From positions 41,668-105,667 of the IMG/VR virus record IMGVR_UViG_2841729706_000003: a stretch of DNA of 64,000 bases, one strand, 5' to 3'. Numbering within the stretch: the stretch's first letter is position 1; each line of letters begins with the position of its first letter. The notes under the pieces are model-generated. The model saw nothing but the letters and a program-made list of their open reading frames with translations, did not search any database and was not told the origin of the DNA. The stretch is from a virus (lineage: Duplodnaviria; Heunggongvirae; Uroviricota; Caudoviricetes). Shown one piece after another: positions 1 through 9,491 of the stretch. The translations under genes were made by a program, and so were the position numbers.

Positions 1-609
1 TCGGACAGGAGCTTCAATCCGGCCTGATGGTCCTCCAGCCATGTGTTCCGCAGCCGGGCCTTGGTCCCATCGGCAAGGCCGCGCATGATCGCGACGGCCA
101 CTTCGATCGCGCGCCGCGAAAGGCCGGTCATTTCGGCGGCTTCGGAACTAAACGCAAAAATTTCGCTTTGATCAGCGCGAGCGGCCTTCGCCTTGGCGCT
201 TCGCCTGTCGCCGCCCTTGCGGCTTGCAGGATAGAGCAGTTCATGAACCCGCTTCAGCTCGACGAGGTTCTCCGCGCGTTCGAGCTTCGTCAGTTCCTCG
301 CGGTTGAGATTTTCGGTGATCTCCAGCAGACGGCGGCTTTCCGGCGTCAGCAGAGAGGCCGGTATGGCGCGCACGTCAATTTCTGCCGCGCCGCCCAGAT
401 CGAGAGCGGCAAGACGAGTCGCTCCAGAAATGAGCGTGAAGCGGCCGGTCTCCTCTGCCGCAACGTTGATTGGATGCTGCGGCTGCCCGCCGTCGCCTAT
501 TTCGGCTCGTAGGGTTTCGACACGCCAAGCCTTGACCTGCCGCAGCCGGTCTGCCGGCACGTCGATCAGATCGATCGGGACTCGCTTGAACTGAACTTGA
601 AGCTTCATG
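1..609 (-). CDS. ParB-like nuclease-domain protein, N-terminal part (C-terminus runs off the window start)
   Basis: Uninterrupted reverse-strand frame from ATG at about 607-609 to position 1; absent from the ORF track because it has no stop in the window. Translation MKLQVQFKRVPIDLIDVPADRLRQVKAW...TLISGATRLAALDLGG...ITENLNREELTKLERAENLVEL resembles a ParB/Srx N-terminal domain. Confidence 0.45.
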
Positions 610-858
610 CCGGCTCTCCTGGAATACGATGCGCGCCCGCCGCTGGGCGGGGGGATGCGGCGGGCGCGCTTTCCGTGGCTACGGGGGGACAGGCCACGGA
701 ACGGGTGAAGAGCGTGATGCCGATCGCGCCCATCAACAGGATGGACAGGATCAAGGTCGTAGAGACGAGGATCGCGATCGGCGGGAATGGCCGATCAGCG
801 CGGACGGGCTGGAACGGATTTCTGTCGGGATCGAGCCGTTTCACGGACGAAAGGCTAC

Positions 859-1242
859 TCATAGCGTCCCCTCGCGGTCCGCGTGGCGACCATCCTTTTG
901 ACTCGCTTGAATGTGCGGGCTTCTGCTAGGAGTCGTCCGTCGTCTGCCATTGGGCCAGTACCGGTCCGGCCAAAGCGCCGGCAAGGAAACGCCGAGGGCA
1001 AGCGAGATCGCTTTTTCGGCTTTCGGATAGGGAGACCCGAGGGCCGCGGATATTTCTGACGCAGAGACCGGGGTCGTGGCGGCAAACTTCTTCAGCGAGC
1101 CATGCCGCCGCTTGATCTCTGCGAGGATCGCATGGCGATCCCAAATGGTCGTGTGCTGTTGCACCGGCTGTTCCTTGAATTGACCGAGCAGGCCCGCCGG
1201 CCTGTTTGGTCGCAAATCAGTTCTGGTTTTCCAGAACACCAT
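859..1242 (-). CDS. Ner/Nlp-family small DNA-binding protein (Cro-like), probably starting at an internal start codon
   Basis: Segment WDRHAILAEIKRRHGSLKKFAATTPVSASEISAALGSPYPKAEKAISLALGVSLPALWPDRYW matches the conserved Ner/Nlp pattern; divergent from the repressor-like gene at 1299. Confidence 0.4.
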   Translation of the reverse strand: MVFWKTRTDLRPNRPAGLLGQFKEQPVQQHTTIWDRHAILAEIKRRHGSLKKFAATTPVSASEISAALGSPYPKAEKAISLALGVSLPALWPDRYWPNGRRRTTPSRSPHIQASQKDGRHADREGTL

Positions 1243-1298
1243 ATCTGGTGATTCGGATCAACCAGATTTGGTGGTTTAATTGGGTGCTGTGGATGAAC

Positions 1299-1907
1299 AT
1301 GTCGGACGAAGAGGATTCGCGACTCCTGCTGGTCCGTGAACGCTTGCGCGCCACGATGGAGGGGAACGGCGGTCAGAAGGCCGTTTCGAAGTTGACGGGC
1401 ATCCCGGTCAACACGCTGGGCAACTATGTTCGCGGCATCGTAGCGGAACCCCCTGCATCGAATCTGGTCAAGATCGCGAAGGCCTGCGGCGTTTCGGCGT
1501 CCTGGCTGATGGGACTGGAAAAGAGCGGGTCGAGCCCGATCGGCATCAGCGCCGGCGACGTTGAGGCTTATGAAGGTCAGCCGATCGTTTTCGGAAGCAA
1601 GGCGGCAAAATCTCACTGCCGCTGGAGGGTGGCGAGCCGGGCCTTGGAACTGGCAGGCTATCTTCCGGGCGACCTGCTCGAATTCGACCTGGGCGGAAGG
1701 CCGAGCAGGGGTGAGCCCGTCGTGGCCGAAGTCCGCAACGAGACGGGCGAGGTCAGTTCGGTACTGCGCCTGTTCCAGCCACCCGTCCTGACGGCGCACA
1801 CGGCCGACCCGACGATAGATGCCCGCCCGATCCAGCTCGATCCGGCTGAAGCCCGGGTGAAAGTGCTAGGCGCATTTATCCGGATGGTCCGCGAGCGCTC
1901 AACGTAA
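1299..1907 (+). CDS. cI/LexA-like repressor (N-terminal HTH plus C-terminal S24-peptidase-like domain)
   Basis: From the internal Met MSDEEDSRLL of ORF 1206..1907; HTH segment QKAVSKLTGIPVNTLGNYVRG; C-terminal beta-rich segment typical of S24 LexA-like domains. The antisense ORF 1092..1799 is regarded as spurious. Confidence 0.45.
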   Translation: MSDEEDSRLLLVRERLRATMEGNGGQKAVSKLTGIPVNTLGNYVRGIVAEPPASNLVKIAKACGVSASWLMGLEKSGSSPIGISAGDVEAYEGQPIVFGSKAAKSHCRWRVASRALELAGYLPGDLLEFDLGGRPSRGEPVVAEVRNETGEVSSVLRLFQPPVLTAHTADPTIDARPIQLDPAEARVKVLGAFIRMVRERST

Positions 1908-2403
1908 CCTTTCCTGCACCCAAACGGTGCGCCCGCAACGCCGGCAGAGACTTCCAGAAGATGAGTTTCGCCCGGCTAGGCCGCGAAAAGGCCTTCAACG
2001 GCCGTTCCACATTTCCCACCTCGTGAGAACGACAATTTGCCGGCCAGGGTGCATTCCGTTGGAATCCCGGCTTTTCGCCCTGGTGGGAACTATGCTGCCG
2101 CAGGAACGCCTCTTTTCCCACCATCGAAACTGAAAGGTCGTATTTCCGGGGAGATTCAGCCCGCCGGAATTGCGGTGGTCGCGGGACAGGTTGTTGATGT
2201 GCAACTTCAGTTGGCATGCTCGGGCCTCAAACGCCGGCCGCAGTGATTGCGCCGTTTCTCGCCGAAACCCTTTATGTCGCCGCGCTTTTTCGGCTCTTAC
2301 CGGCTATTCCCACTAATTCCCGGCAAACGCCGCCAACTGCCAAGTGAAGTTGCGCGTTACACCACGGCAATCAAATGCTTGAAGATTATCAATGATTTGG
2401 GAA

Positions 2404-2458
2404 TGGTGCTGCGAGAGAGGATTGAACTCTCGACCTCTCCCTTACCAAGGGTATTACT
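2404..2458 (-). other. 3'-terminal fragment of a tRNA-Thr(GGU)-like gene (anticodon arm remnant, variable loop, T-arm, acceptor 3' strand, CCA); candidate prophage attL core
   Basis: Reverse complement reads ...ACCCTTGGTAAGGGAG AGGTC GAGAGTTCAATCCTCTC TCGCAGC A CCA: canonical T-arm GAGAG/TTCAATC/CTCTC, anticodon loop TTGGTAA (U33, GGU, A37), but no 5' half or D-arm upstream. An adjacent perfect 7-bp inverted repeat AATCCTT-N8-AAGGATT lies at 2471-2492. Confidence 0.5.
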
Positions 2459-2745
2459 TAAAGTATACAATCCTTATATTGTAAAGGATTGCGGCCCATC
2501 TTTTCAAGACTGCACGGATTTTGTGCGTGTTGGATTTGGCTTGCCACCCGTTGCCCGCCACCCTGCCACACTCTATTTTCCCCGAATGAAGCCACCAATC
2601 TACACCCTGTACATGGTCCAGGTTTTCAAGTCGCCGCATTGGGTGCATGTCCTGTCGACATACGACAAGACGCTGGCGAAGCAGACTTTGAAAGAGATAG
2701 GCAAGTCCGGCCGAATCGAGGAAGTCAAGGTGCGGCGGAAGTAGG

Positions 2746-3003
2746 CTATCGCCCCTTCGCAGACGCGTACGGATTTTTCACGGTCTTAGGCATGCGGGTC
2801 ATTCCGAAATTCTTACCGTGGCACTTGCTGCAATAAAAGTGACGCTTGATTTCGTCGAAGAGCATGCCCTGGTTTGGCCCGGTCTTTGCCTTCAGGCGCT
2901 CCAGATCCATCTCGCCGTGATGCTCGCAGGCCGCGTTATAGCACCACAGCATGATCGTCGTGCCGTCGTCGATGAAGTCTTGGACGCAGTTTTTGTAGAC
3001 CAT
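2746..3003 (-). CDS. Small Cys/His-rich (zinc-ribbon-like) protein
   Basis: From internal Met MVYKNC of ORF 2746..3054; CYNAACEHH...CSKCHGK cysteine/histidine clusters. Confidence 0.35.
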   Translation of the reverse strand: MVYKNCVQDFIDDGTTIMLWCYNAACEHHGEMDLERLKAKTGPNQGMLFDEIKRHFYCSKCHGKNFGMTRMPKTVKNPYASAKGR

Positions 3004-3007
3004 CCGG

Positions 3008-3283
3008 CTAGACCTTACTGTCAGCACCCGGCTTATCCCGCCACCTCTGGCCATAGGCGCGGCAGATCGCGTTCGCCTTGAACGTACACGGCACGCAGGC
3101 GTCTTTGCACCGCGAGTCGCATATCATTTCTATGACATCTTTATGAGTTGGCTTCGCGTCGGCCGTAAGTAATTTGAGGCCAACAAGATGAGCGGTGTCT
3201 GGTCCCAGAACTGCAGACTTTCTTTCGCGCCCACGCACGAGCAAAAGCTCGGCCAACTCAGTCAATGTCTCCCATTTCTTCAT
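3008..3283 (-). CDS. Hypothetical protein
   Basis: 91-aa ORF co-oriented with neighbouring prophage genes. Confidence 0.3.
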   Translation of the reverse strand: MKKWETLTELAELLLVRGRERKSAVLGPDTAHLVGLKLLTADAKPTHKDVIEMICDSRCKDACVPCTFKANAICRAYGQRWRDKPGADSKV

Positions 3284-4248
3284 CAGAACAAAATAGGAAC
3301 ATACACCTAATGAGTCAACGCCCTGCTGTGGTCGTTAACCATGAATAGGAAGATTTGTGGACGCCCCTATTACCGGTTGCGAGATGTTTCAATTTGTAAC
3401 AGATTGGCATTCGGGCGTGATAACCCGGATTGGAATAGGCGCGAGTGCGCCAAACGGTGCGGTTCGCTTGGCGGCGACGCACGAACCTGGCTTCGGCCGG
3501 GGGCGGTGCGTCATGTCCAGGCGAAAGCTAAAAGCCGCCGGCTGGTCTTCCAACCAGTTATCAACCCCCGGCTCTGCGCCACACGTAGCAGCAGAGCGAA
3601 CAAAAAGCATTCATTCTACCTAAACTTTGTTTGGGCGCGGTGCCCATTGGCAACACGTATTCAGATTCAAGGAAGGCGATAAAAGAATGGAAGATATCCT
3701 CGCGGCGGGGGCCGCTACCGAACGCATCCAGTGCCCGGCAGAATGCAGAAAATGGCGATTCTCGCCTGGCAGCAAAGTCAATCACATCGGCGGTGATATG
3801 CCTGCCGTGGTCATGGGCCGCACTCTTACCGGGAATGGTCGGGAGCTCTACCAGATATTCGTGCTTTCCACAGAAAGCGCGCCGGTAAAATTCTTCCTCG
3901 GAGATTATTTGAAGGGATAGCCGGCGGAAGTTGGCGGCGTTGGGTATCCGGTTATACCCGAAAAGCGAATCCGGTGATAACAGAAAACCCGCCGAACTTG
4001 CGACCGGCGGGTTGACTATTGCGCATGTGAGATACGGGAAAGTTAGCGCGTGATGCCCAGCGATTCTCGCCGCATCGTTACGGCAAGATGTCGGAGACCT
4101 GCCGCGCTGGCGGCATGATGACTTGCGGCGTAGCTAGCCTTCTCCCTGATGTCCGCTCCGAGTCGAGGCTCATCCCGGCTTACCGTCTTGCACATTGCCG
4201 ACTGCTTGTCGTGCCATTGCGCCGCCAGTTCGTAGGCCTCGGCTTTAT

Positions 4249-4869
4249 TCATGCCCAACGCCCCAGTGCCTCATCAAGCTTGTCGTGCAGTTCCTCACGG
4301 CTGCCGTCATTCGTGACTATCAGATCGGCAATGAAGTTCGCGCGCTCGGACTCGTGGCTGCCCGATATCCCGCCTCGCCCGTCGAGCCGGTAGATGTCAC
4401 CGCCAAGCCGCCGGATTGTGGCCGCCTCATTCGGAAAGCGGCAATCATCGACGATCACACGTCCGCCGACTTCAATGATGGCCTCGACGCGCTGGCGCCA
4501 GATACCCACCCAGAAGTCCTCGCCCATGCAGTTTCTGCCCCATTCGGTGCCCAAGGTCTGCATGGCATGGCGCGGTGTCTTGCCCGCCAGGCGCACCGAC
4601 GGCGCTTCCTTCAGATCGCCCTCGATCTCGGCTTCGGTAAGGCCGACCGCGCGGAGCATATCTTTCAGGGGTGCCGCGAACTTCACAAGGGCGTATCCCT
4701 TGGACTGGAGGTAAGCCGCCGCGGTCGACTTCCCGCTCCCCGCAGCGCCACATAGGCCGACGATCTGGGGAAGATTGTCGTTGTCGGCCTTGCCGTGAGC
4801 GCGACATGGTGGTGTACGTTGGTCGGGTACTTCTTGGTGGCCCCAAGGGCTGTATGCAAGGGCGTTCAT
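4249..4869 (-). CDS. P-loop deoxynucleoside-monophosphate-kinase-like protein
   Basis: Walker A GLCGAAGSGKST near the N-terminus of the ORF taken from Met MNALAYSP, which has an upstream GGAGG SD. Overall resemblance to phage dNMP kinases is inference. Confidence 0.45.
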   Translation of the reverse strand: MNALAYSPWGHQEVPDQRTPPCRAHGKADNDNLPQIVGLCGAAGSGKSTAAAYLQSKGYALVKFAAPLKDMLRAVGLTEAEIEGDLKEAPSVRLAGKTPRHAMQTLGTEWGRNCMGEDFWVGIWRQRVEAIIEVGGRVIVDDCRFPNEAATIRRLGGDIYRLDGRGGISGSHESERANFIADLIVTNDGSREELHDKLDEALGRWA

Positions 4870-5046
4870 TTTTCCTCCGAAAGTGCACGGCGATACATGC
4901 GGTGCGCGGTGTAGTATGGGCACGACGCTGATTGGCCTATGGTGTGTGCTGCCGGGCGCCAGCCCAAGTGACTGTCGGTTAAGCACTGGTCGCCTGATGA
5001 ATAATCTCGCCCTCGGTCAGCATCCGATATCGGTTATCCCAAGCCA

Positions 5047-5427
5047 TCAAGCCCCCTCCTTCTCTCGTTCCTTCACGCCCTGCCCGTCGTCAGGTACGTC
5101 GCGCACAGGCCCTTCCGGTCCCGTCACCTTGAAATCCGGATCGGCCGCAATCTGTCTGAAAACGGCAATCGGATCCTTCACGAGCGGCCGAAAGCGGCGG
5201 GCAGCGAAGGGCGGGTCATCATACCCATAGGTCGGGTCGACACCGCGATCGAGGCCGACCAGCCGAACACCGATGAACGGCGGGTCGATGTAATTGTTGA
5301 ACTCGCCTATCCACCTGATTGTATAAATTTGGCCTTCCACGAGCTCGCAGGGAATCGAGACGTTCTGAATCGGAGCGTATTTGGCGTCGATGCAAACGAC
5401 TTCCTGGCCGACGTAGAATTGGTTCAT
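5047..5427 (-). CDS. Hypothetical protein
   Basis: 126-aa ORF; stop/start overlap with the next gene. Confidence 0.35.
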   Translation of the reverse strand: MNQFYVGQEVVCIDAKYAPIQNVSIPCELVEGQIYTIRWIGEFNNYIDPPFIGVRLVGLDRGVDPTYGYDDPPFAARRFRPLVKDPIAVFRQIAADPDFKVTGPEGPVRDVPDDGQGVKEREKEGA

Positions 5428-5819
5428 TTGCCTTCCCCGTCAATATTAAGAACCTCTCGGCGCGGCGCAGACTCCAAGTCCAAAATCACTTGCGCGCGCT
5501 CCTCTCCGGTCAGCTTGTGAGCATCTGGTCCCCATGAAAAATGAACTCGCGTGACGCGCTTCGCGTCCCACATATCTGCGACTGCTCGGCCCTTTTCGCC
5601 CAGCATGTTGCGATACGCATGCATGAGATATTCAGCATTTGTCGCACGATGAACCTGCTTTTTGACCTCGGCTGCGTTCGCCTCCGCACACCGCTTGCGT
5701 TCGGCAAGAATGGCGCGGGCGACAATTTCCTGTTTGCCGGGCCAAACGTTGGCGGCCGAAGACAATTCACGGATTACGGCGCCGGCCACCATGCGGATGT
5801 CTCTTGGGATTTCGGTCAT
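5424..5819 (-). CDS. Hypothetical protein
   Basis: 131-aa ORF; operon-like 4-nt overlaps with neighbours. Confidence 0.35.
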   Translation of the reverse strand: MTEIPRDIRMVAGAVIRELSSAANVWPGKQEIVARAILAERKRCAEANAAEVKKQVHRATNAEYLMHAYRNMLGEKGRAVADMWDAKRVTRVHFSWGPDAHKLTGEERAQVILDLESAPRREVLNIDGEGK

Positions 5820-6064
5820 GCCGCCACCCCATCAGGGGATTGGCGACGCGGCCAATCGTCGAACCCAACTGCATGGGGATTGCGGTATGTCGATCGTGCC
5901 TGTTGCCGAGCGACGGGCACGATATCGTTCGCCGGGGTATCCTTGGCGGACTTCTTAAGTTCTCGCTCACGCCTCATCTGCAACCCTAGGCGGATGCCTT
6001 CACGGTTGGAGCCCATTTGGGCTTCCGCCTCTTTTCGGGCGGAAGTAATTGCGTCATATGTCAT
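5816..6064 (-). CDS. Hypothetical protein
   Basis: 82-aa ORF, overlap-coupled. Confidence 0.3.
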   Translation of the reverse strand: MTYDAITSARKEAEAQMGSNREGIRLGLQMRRERELKKSAKDTPANDIVPVARQQARSTYRNPHAVGFDDWPRRQSPDGVAA

Positions 6065-6137
6065 TCGATCTCTCCTCTTGTGCGGTGGCCGTCAAAAGCC
6101 ACGGTGTGGAGCGTGTACCGCGATCACAGAACCTCCA

Positions 6138-6863
6138 TCACGCCGCCACCCTCATGTTTTCGCGTTCCGCCATCAGCATTCGGAAAGTGTGCAGGAAGTA
6201 CAATTCCGCAGTCTCTGGGGGCCAGTATTGAAGTTCGATGCCCAAGGGATCATCGTGCTTTGTATGCCAAGGCATGGGCGCCATATTGGCCAGCTCATCA
6301 GCGATAATCCGTGTATCGGCCTCATGCACCTCGGCGGGCATCACTGGTGGCAGGTCGAATGTTTCACAGACGGCAGCCATTACGTTCATCTCTGCGGCCT
6401 TGTAGTCACGTAGATGCCGCTTCAGAGGGCGCGGCACGTCGACCAGGTATGCTTCGCTGGCGTCATGCAACAGAGCCCACAGAGCCGCCTTGTTGCCGTA
6501 GTGCTCGACAATCCAGCGAGTCATCAGTACCGAGTGTTCCGCCACGCTGTAAAACTTATGGCAGTGGCCCGCATATCGGCATTGCAAGCTCAGGCTGTGC
6601 GCAATATCCTCGATGCAGATTTCATCAGCGCGTGGATCTAGCGGCCAGAACTTCTTGCCGGTGTACGTCTGCATGAAGTCGCCGTGGCGACTATCGTTGG
6701 CTGGCGGTCCGGCAAGCGGGTTGTTGCAGTCCGGGATCCAATACACCGTATGGTCACCTTCCGGCGAGCCAAGGTCAATACCAACAGTAAGCGGCCCAAA
6801 CGTCTCCATCGGCGTCAGATCATGCTCGACGTATCGGCGGGCGACGCTGTCCCAGTGTTTCAT
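6138..6863 (-). CDS. HD-domain phosphohydrolase (YfbR-like 5'-deoxynucleotidase family)
   Basis: HD signature ...FYSVAEHSVLM...ALLHDASEAYLVDVPRPLK... consistent with COG1896-type HD hydrolases. Confidence 0.5.
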   Translation of the reverse strand: MKHWDSVARRYVEHDLTPMETFGPLTVGIDLGSPEGDHTVYWIPDCNNPLAGPPANDSRHGDFMQTYTGKKFWPLDPRADEICIEDIAHSLSLQCRYAGHCHKFYSVAEHSVLMTRWIVEHYGNKAALWALLHDASEAYLVDVPRPLKRHLRDYKAAEMNVMAAVCETFDLPPVMPAEVHEADTRIIADELANMAPMPWHTKHDDPLGIELQYWPPETAELYFLHTFRMLMAERENMRVAA

Positions 6864-7198
6864 CGATTCCGCTCCTCTAGTCCGCAGGCGCGCATTGCCC
6901 GAAACAACAGATCGTAAACACCGCGTCGTGTTCGATGGTGCCCTTCGGCAAGCGCGACTACCATTTCTTCGTCTTCACCGGACGTGGCGCCATTGACAGC
7001 ATTGTCGCCAAACGTGAGGGAACCCTTACGCCATGCGGCACGAAGGGCGCCGGCGAAAGGTGGTGTCTTTTTCATAGCAACGGCATAATCCGCCGTGCCG
7101 TCAGGCCTCGTGAGAACGTTGGCTATTTCCATTATGCCTATAGTTCTCGCGCGGTCTTCACTCCCGCCTGGAAGCAGGTCGAAGGTCACTCGTATCAT
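6860..7198 (-). CDS. Hypothetical protein
   Basis: From internal Met MIRVTFDLLPGG of ORF 6860..7642; preceded by CCACCACCGAGGAGAGATTTCA-ATG TIR motif. Confidence 0.4.
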   Translation of the reverse strand: MIRVTFDLLPGGSEDRARTIGIMEIANVLTRPDGTADYAVAMKKTPPFAGALRAAWRKGSLTFGDNAVNGATSGEDEEMVVALAEGHHRTRRGVYDLLFRAMRACGLEERNR

Positions 7199-7263
7199 TG
7201 AAATCTCTCCTCGGTGGTGGTTCGCCTGCTTGGTAGGCGGGCGAAGTTTGGTGGTTGGTTGAC

Positions 7264-7566
7264 TTAGCCGGGATACGTTTCGGCGTAGGTGTACCCTGGC
7301 CAGCAGATCACTCCGCCCGCATGCAAATTCACACGATGTGGCGCACCGTCGATACCGAACGCGTACCGAAGCCATGCCACGATCAGTCGCCAATTGGACG
7401 GTGTTCCTTCTAGATGTTTCGTTTTCTGTCTGATGCGCCACACGAACCGCGCCGAATTGATTACGTGCTTCAGGAAGAGCAACCCAAGAGCCGCGAAAAG
7501 CAACGCAACAACTAACAACACCGCCCACCCGACAACGAGAGCAACTGAGGTCATCGACGACATCAC
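7264..7566 (-). CDS. Small membrane protein
   Basis: N-terminal hydrophobic helix SVALVVGWAVLLVVALLFAALGLLFL. Confidence 0.4.
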   Translation of the reverse strand: MMSSMTSVALVVGWAVLLVVALLFAALGLLFLKHVINSARFVWRIRQKTKHLEGTPSNWRLIVAWLRYAFGIDGAPHRVNLHAGGVICWPGYTYAETYPG

Positions 7567-9455
7567 GCCACTGCCCTCCTTGGTTCGTTGTCATTCGCGG
7601 CTTGCACGCGGAGAACGGGGCGTGCGGCTCGCCACTTGCCATTCTGCAGCGTGATCAAAGTGCGCTTGCCGTTGGGATACTGGACGATGTGCGCAACAGC
7701 CCACGAACTCGGCCCTTTGTTGTAGCCATGGCGCAGGTTCATCGCTCCAGCGCAGTACACGCCGTCCATGATTTCAGGCGAATGCTTGTCGCCGATCGAC
7801 ATCTTCCGGCCGATACGCGCGAAGCCAGAGATTGTGCCCTTCGAACCGTTCGCGCCTCTAAACCCATGGTTTCCGCATTCCACGCCGTCGACAACGAAGC
7901 TCGCGCCGTCATGAACCCACTTCACGCCATCCAGTCCATCGTCGGACAGCATGCGCACGGCGGCCTCTAGCAGGCTGAATGTCGGCACGGGCTCGCCCGC
8001 GTCGAGAGCCTTCGCCTGTGCCTCCCGTGCGGCCAGGTAGGCGTCATCAAGCTTCAGGCCGTATCGGACGTTGATGCCGTCATTCCTGTACCGACCTTCC
8101 CGAATGTATCGTTCCAGACCTAGGTCGTGATTGCTCTCGACCACCACAGGAGTGATGCCGGCGCGCCGAAGACGCGTGAGGAACCTAGCCACGGCCGCAA
8201 CTTCATCCATAACGCTATCTCGACCACGCACAGCCATTTCATAGAAATGGGCGTTGTCGTTGGCGTGGTGATGGCTTCGCGTTTCGTTGTCGAAGACGTC
8301 GTGCGCCATCACGACGTCTGGCTGCAGCGTGTCGATCACATTGTCCCGGTACGTGGTGGTGGTGTCCGTGCCAAAACCGAATGTGGCGAGGGCGTTTTGA
8401 TGGTCAAGCTTGCGCTCATGGACGTCACCGCACACTACGGCCCGAACTTTGTGACCAGTCGATACCTTCCCGTTGGAGACGAAGATATCTAGGTCGTAGA
8501 ATGACCCATCATCCGCCGCGCTGATTTGGCGTGGGAAGATATCGCCGACGGCGTCAAACTCGACGATCGTGGCGCCAATGATGTGATGAAAGATGCTCTT
8601 AATTCCAGCCTTGCGCGGTATGACCTTCGGCTGCGTAACCGCCCCCGTTGTCATAACCTGATGCGCCTGCACGGCGGGATCGGTCGACGGAACCGACTTC
8701 AGCTGAAGCTTGGCATGTGGGAATACGGCCCATCTGCCGCGGCTGTACGTGACAAGATCAGAGATTGGTCGCGCCGCGGTGGGTAGTGTGTTCATCTCGC
8801 CAGCGAAAATGAAGTTTCCGCCGACTTCCATCTGGCCGAATGCGATGAAATCCTGAATGAGCGGCGAATACTGCCGAGAGGTCGGGGAGTTTTCGTTGAA
8901 CCAAGAGGTTTCGTAGGTCCAGGGGCCGACCACTATTTCCGCGCCGATGTGGGCTGCGAACGCGCGAAGGTTTGTCCAGAACTGCTCATGGACTGGAGCG
9001 TCGTTCTGCGCCCCGGTAAACAGGTATTTCCGATTTCGGCAGTCGGCCACAGGGGCGACGCGAAGGGTGTCAGATACCCACGTTTTTGGCGCTCGTTCCG
9101 ACTCGACGTAGTCTTCCTCGTTCCGGTCATACCTAAGACCGGTTTGCGCCTCGACATGCACTGCCTCTGGATTGATGAGAGGGTAACGAGTCCCGGTCAT
9201 CATTTCCACGAGCCACTCCCGCATAGTCTCGGCTCGTGCCGAGGCGTGCTGCCCGGCTGACTTCTTTGTCGTGGTGGCTACAGGTAAGACAGGGTCGGCC
9301 AGCAACCCCTGTGCCGTTGCCCGCTTGATGCTGTCCTGTAGCGCGCCGCGTGACAAGCCCAAAGCCAAGGCTGTTTTGGACTGGTTGCGATCGTTGGCCA
9401 GATACGCAGAAACGCGCGCAGCCAGAACTTCGTCTGGAATCGGTGGTGTTGGCAA
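7563..9455 (-). CDS. Large protein with N-terminal HTH-like region and C-terminal calcineurin-like metallophosphoesterase domain
   Basis: Metallophosphatase motifs VVCGDVHE, AHDVFDNE and VVESNHDLG in order. The N-terminus NDRNQSKTALALGLSRGALQDSIKRATAQGLL looks like a sigma-70 region-4 type HTH. Confidence 0.5.
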   Translation of the reverse strand: MPTPPIPDEVLAARVSAYLANDRNQSKTALALGLSRGALQDSIKRATAQGLLADPVLPVATTTKKSAGQHASARAETMREWLVEMMTGTRYPLINPEAVHVEAQTGLRYDRNEEDYVESERAPKTWVSDTLRVAPVADCRNRKYLFTGAQNDAPVHEQFWTNLRAFAAHIGAEIVVGPWTYETSWFNENSPTSRQYSPLIQDFIAFGQMEVGGNFIFAGEMNTLPTAARPISDLVTYSRGRWAVFPHAKLQLKSVPSTDPAVQAHQVMTTGAVTQPKVIPRKAGIKSIFHHIIGATIVEFDAVGDIFPRQISAADDGSFYDLDIFVSNGKVSTGHKVRAVVCGDVHERKLDHQNALATFGFGTDTTTTYRDNVIDTLQPDVVMAHDVFDNETRSHHHANDNAHFYEMAVRGRDSVMDEVAAVARFLTRLRRAGITPVVVESNHDLGLERYIREGRYRNDGINVRYGLKLDDAYLAAREAQAKALDAGEPVPTFSLLEAAVRMLSDDGLDGVKWVHDGASFVVDGVECGNHGFRGANGSKGTISGFARIGRKMSIGDKHSPEIMDGVYCAGAMNLRHGYNKGPSSWAVAHIVQYPNGKRTLITLQNGKWRAARPVLRVQAANDNEPRRAVA

Positions 9456-9491
9456 AAGTGTTAGTCCTTGTTGGGGAATGGTGCGGCGGCG

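Noticed and set aside
1092-1799. 235-aa minus-strand ORF overlapping the cI-like repressor gene
   Set aside because: It overlaps a plus-strand ORF with recognisable HTH and S24 features, and its own translation is featureless.
2247-2744. 165-aa plus-strand ORF spanning the tRNA-fragment / att region
   Set aside because: It crosses the tRNA-like core and an AT-rich hairpin region and has no SD or motifs. It is likely non-coding junction sequence.
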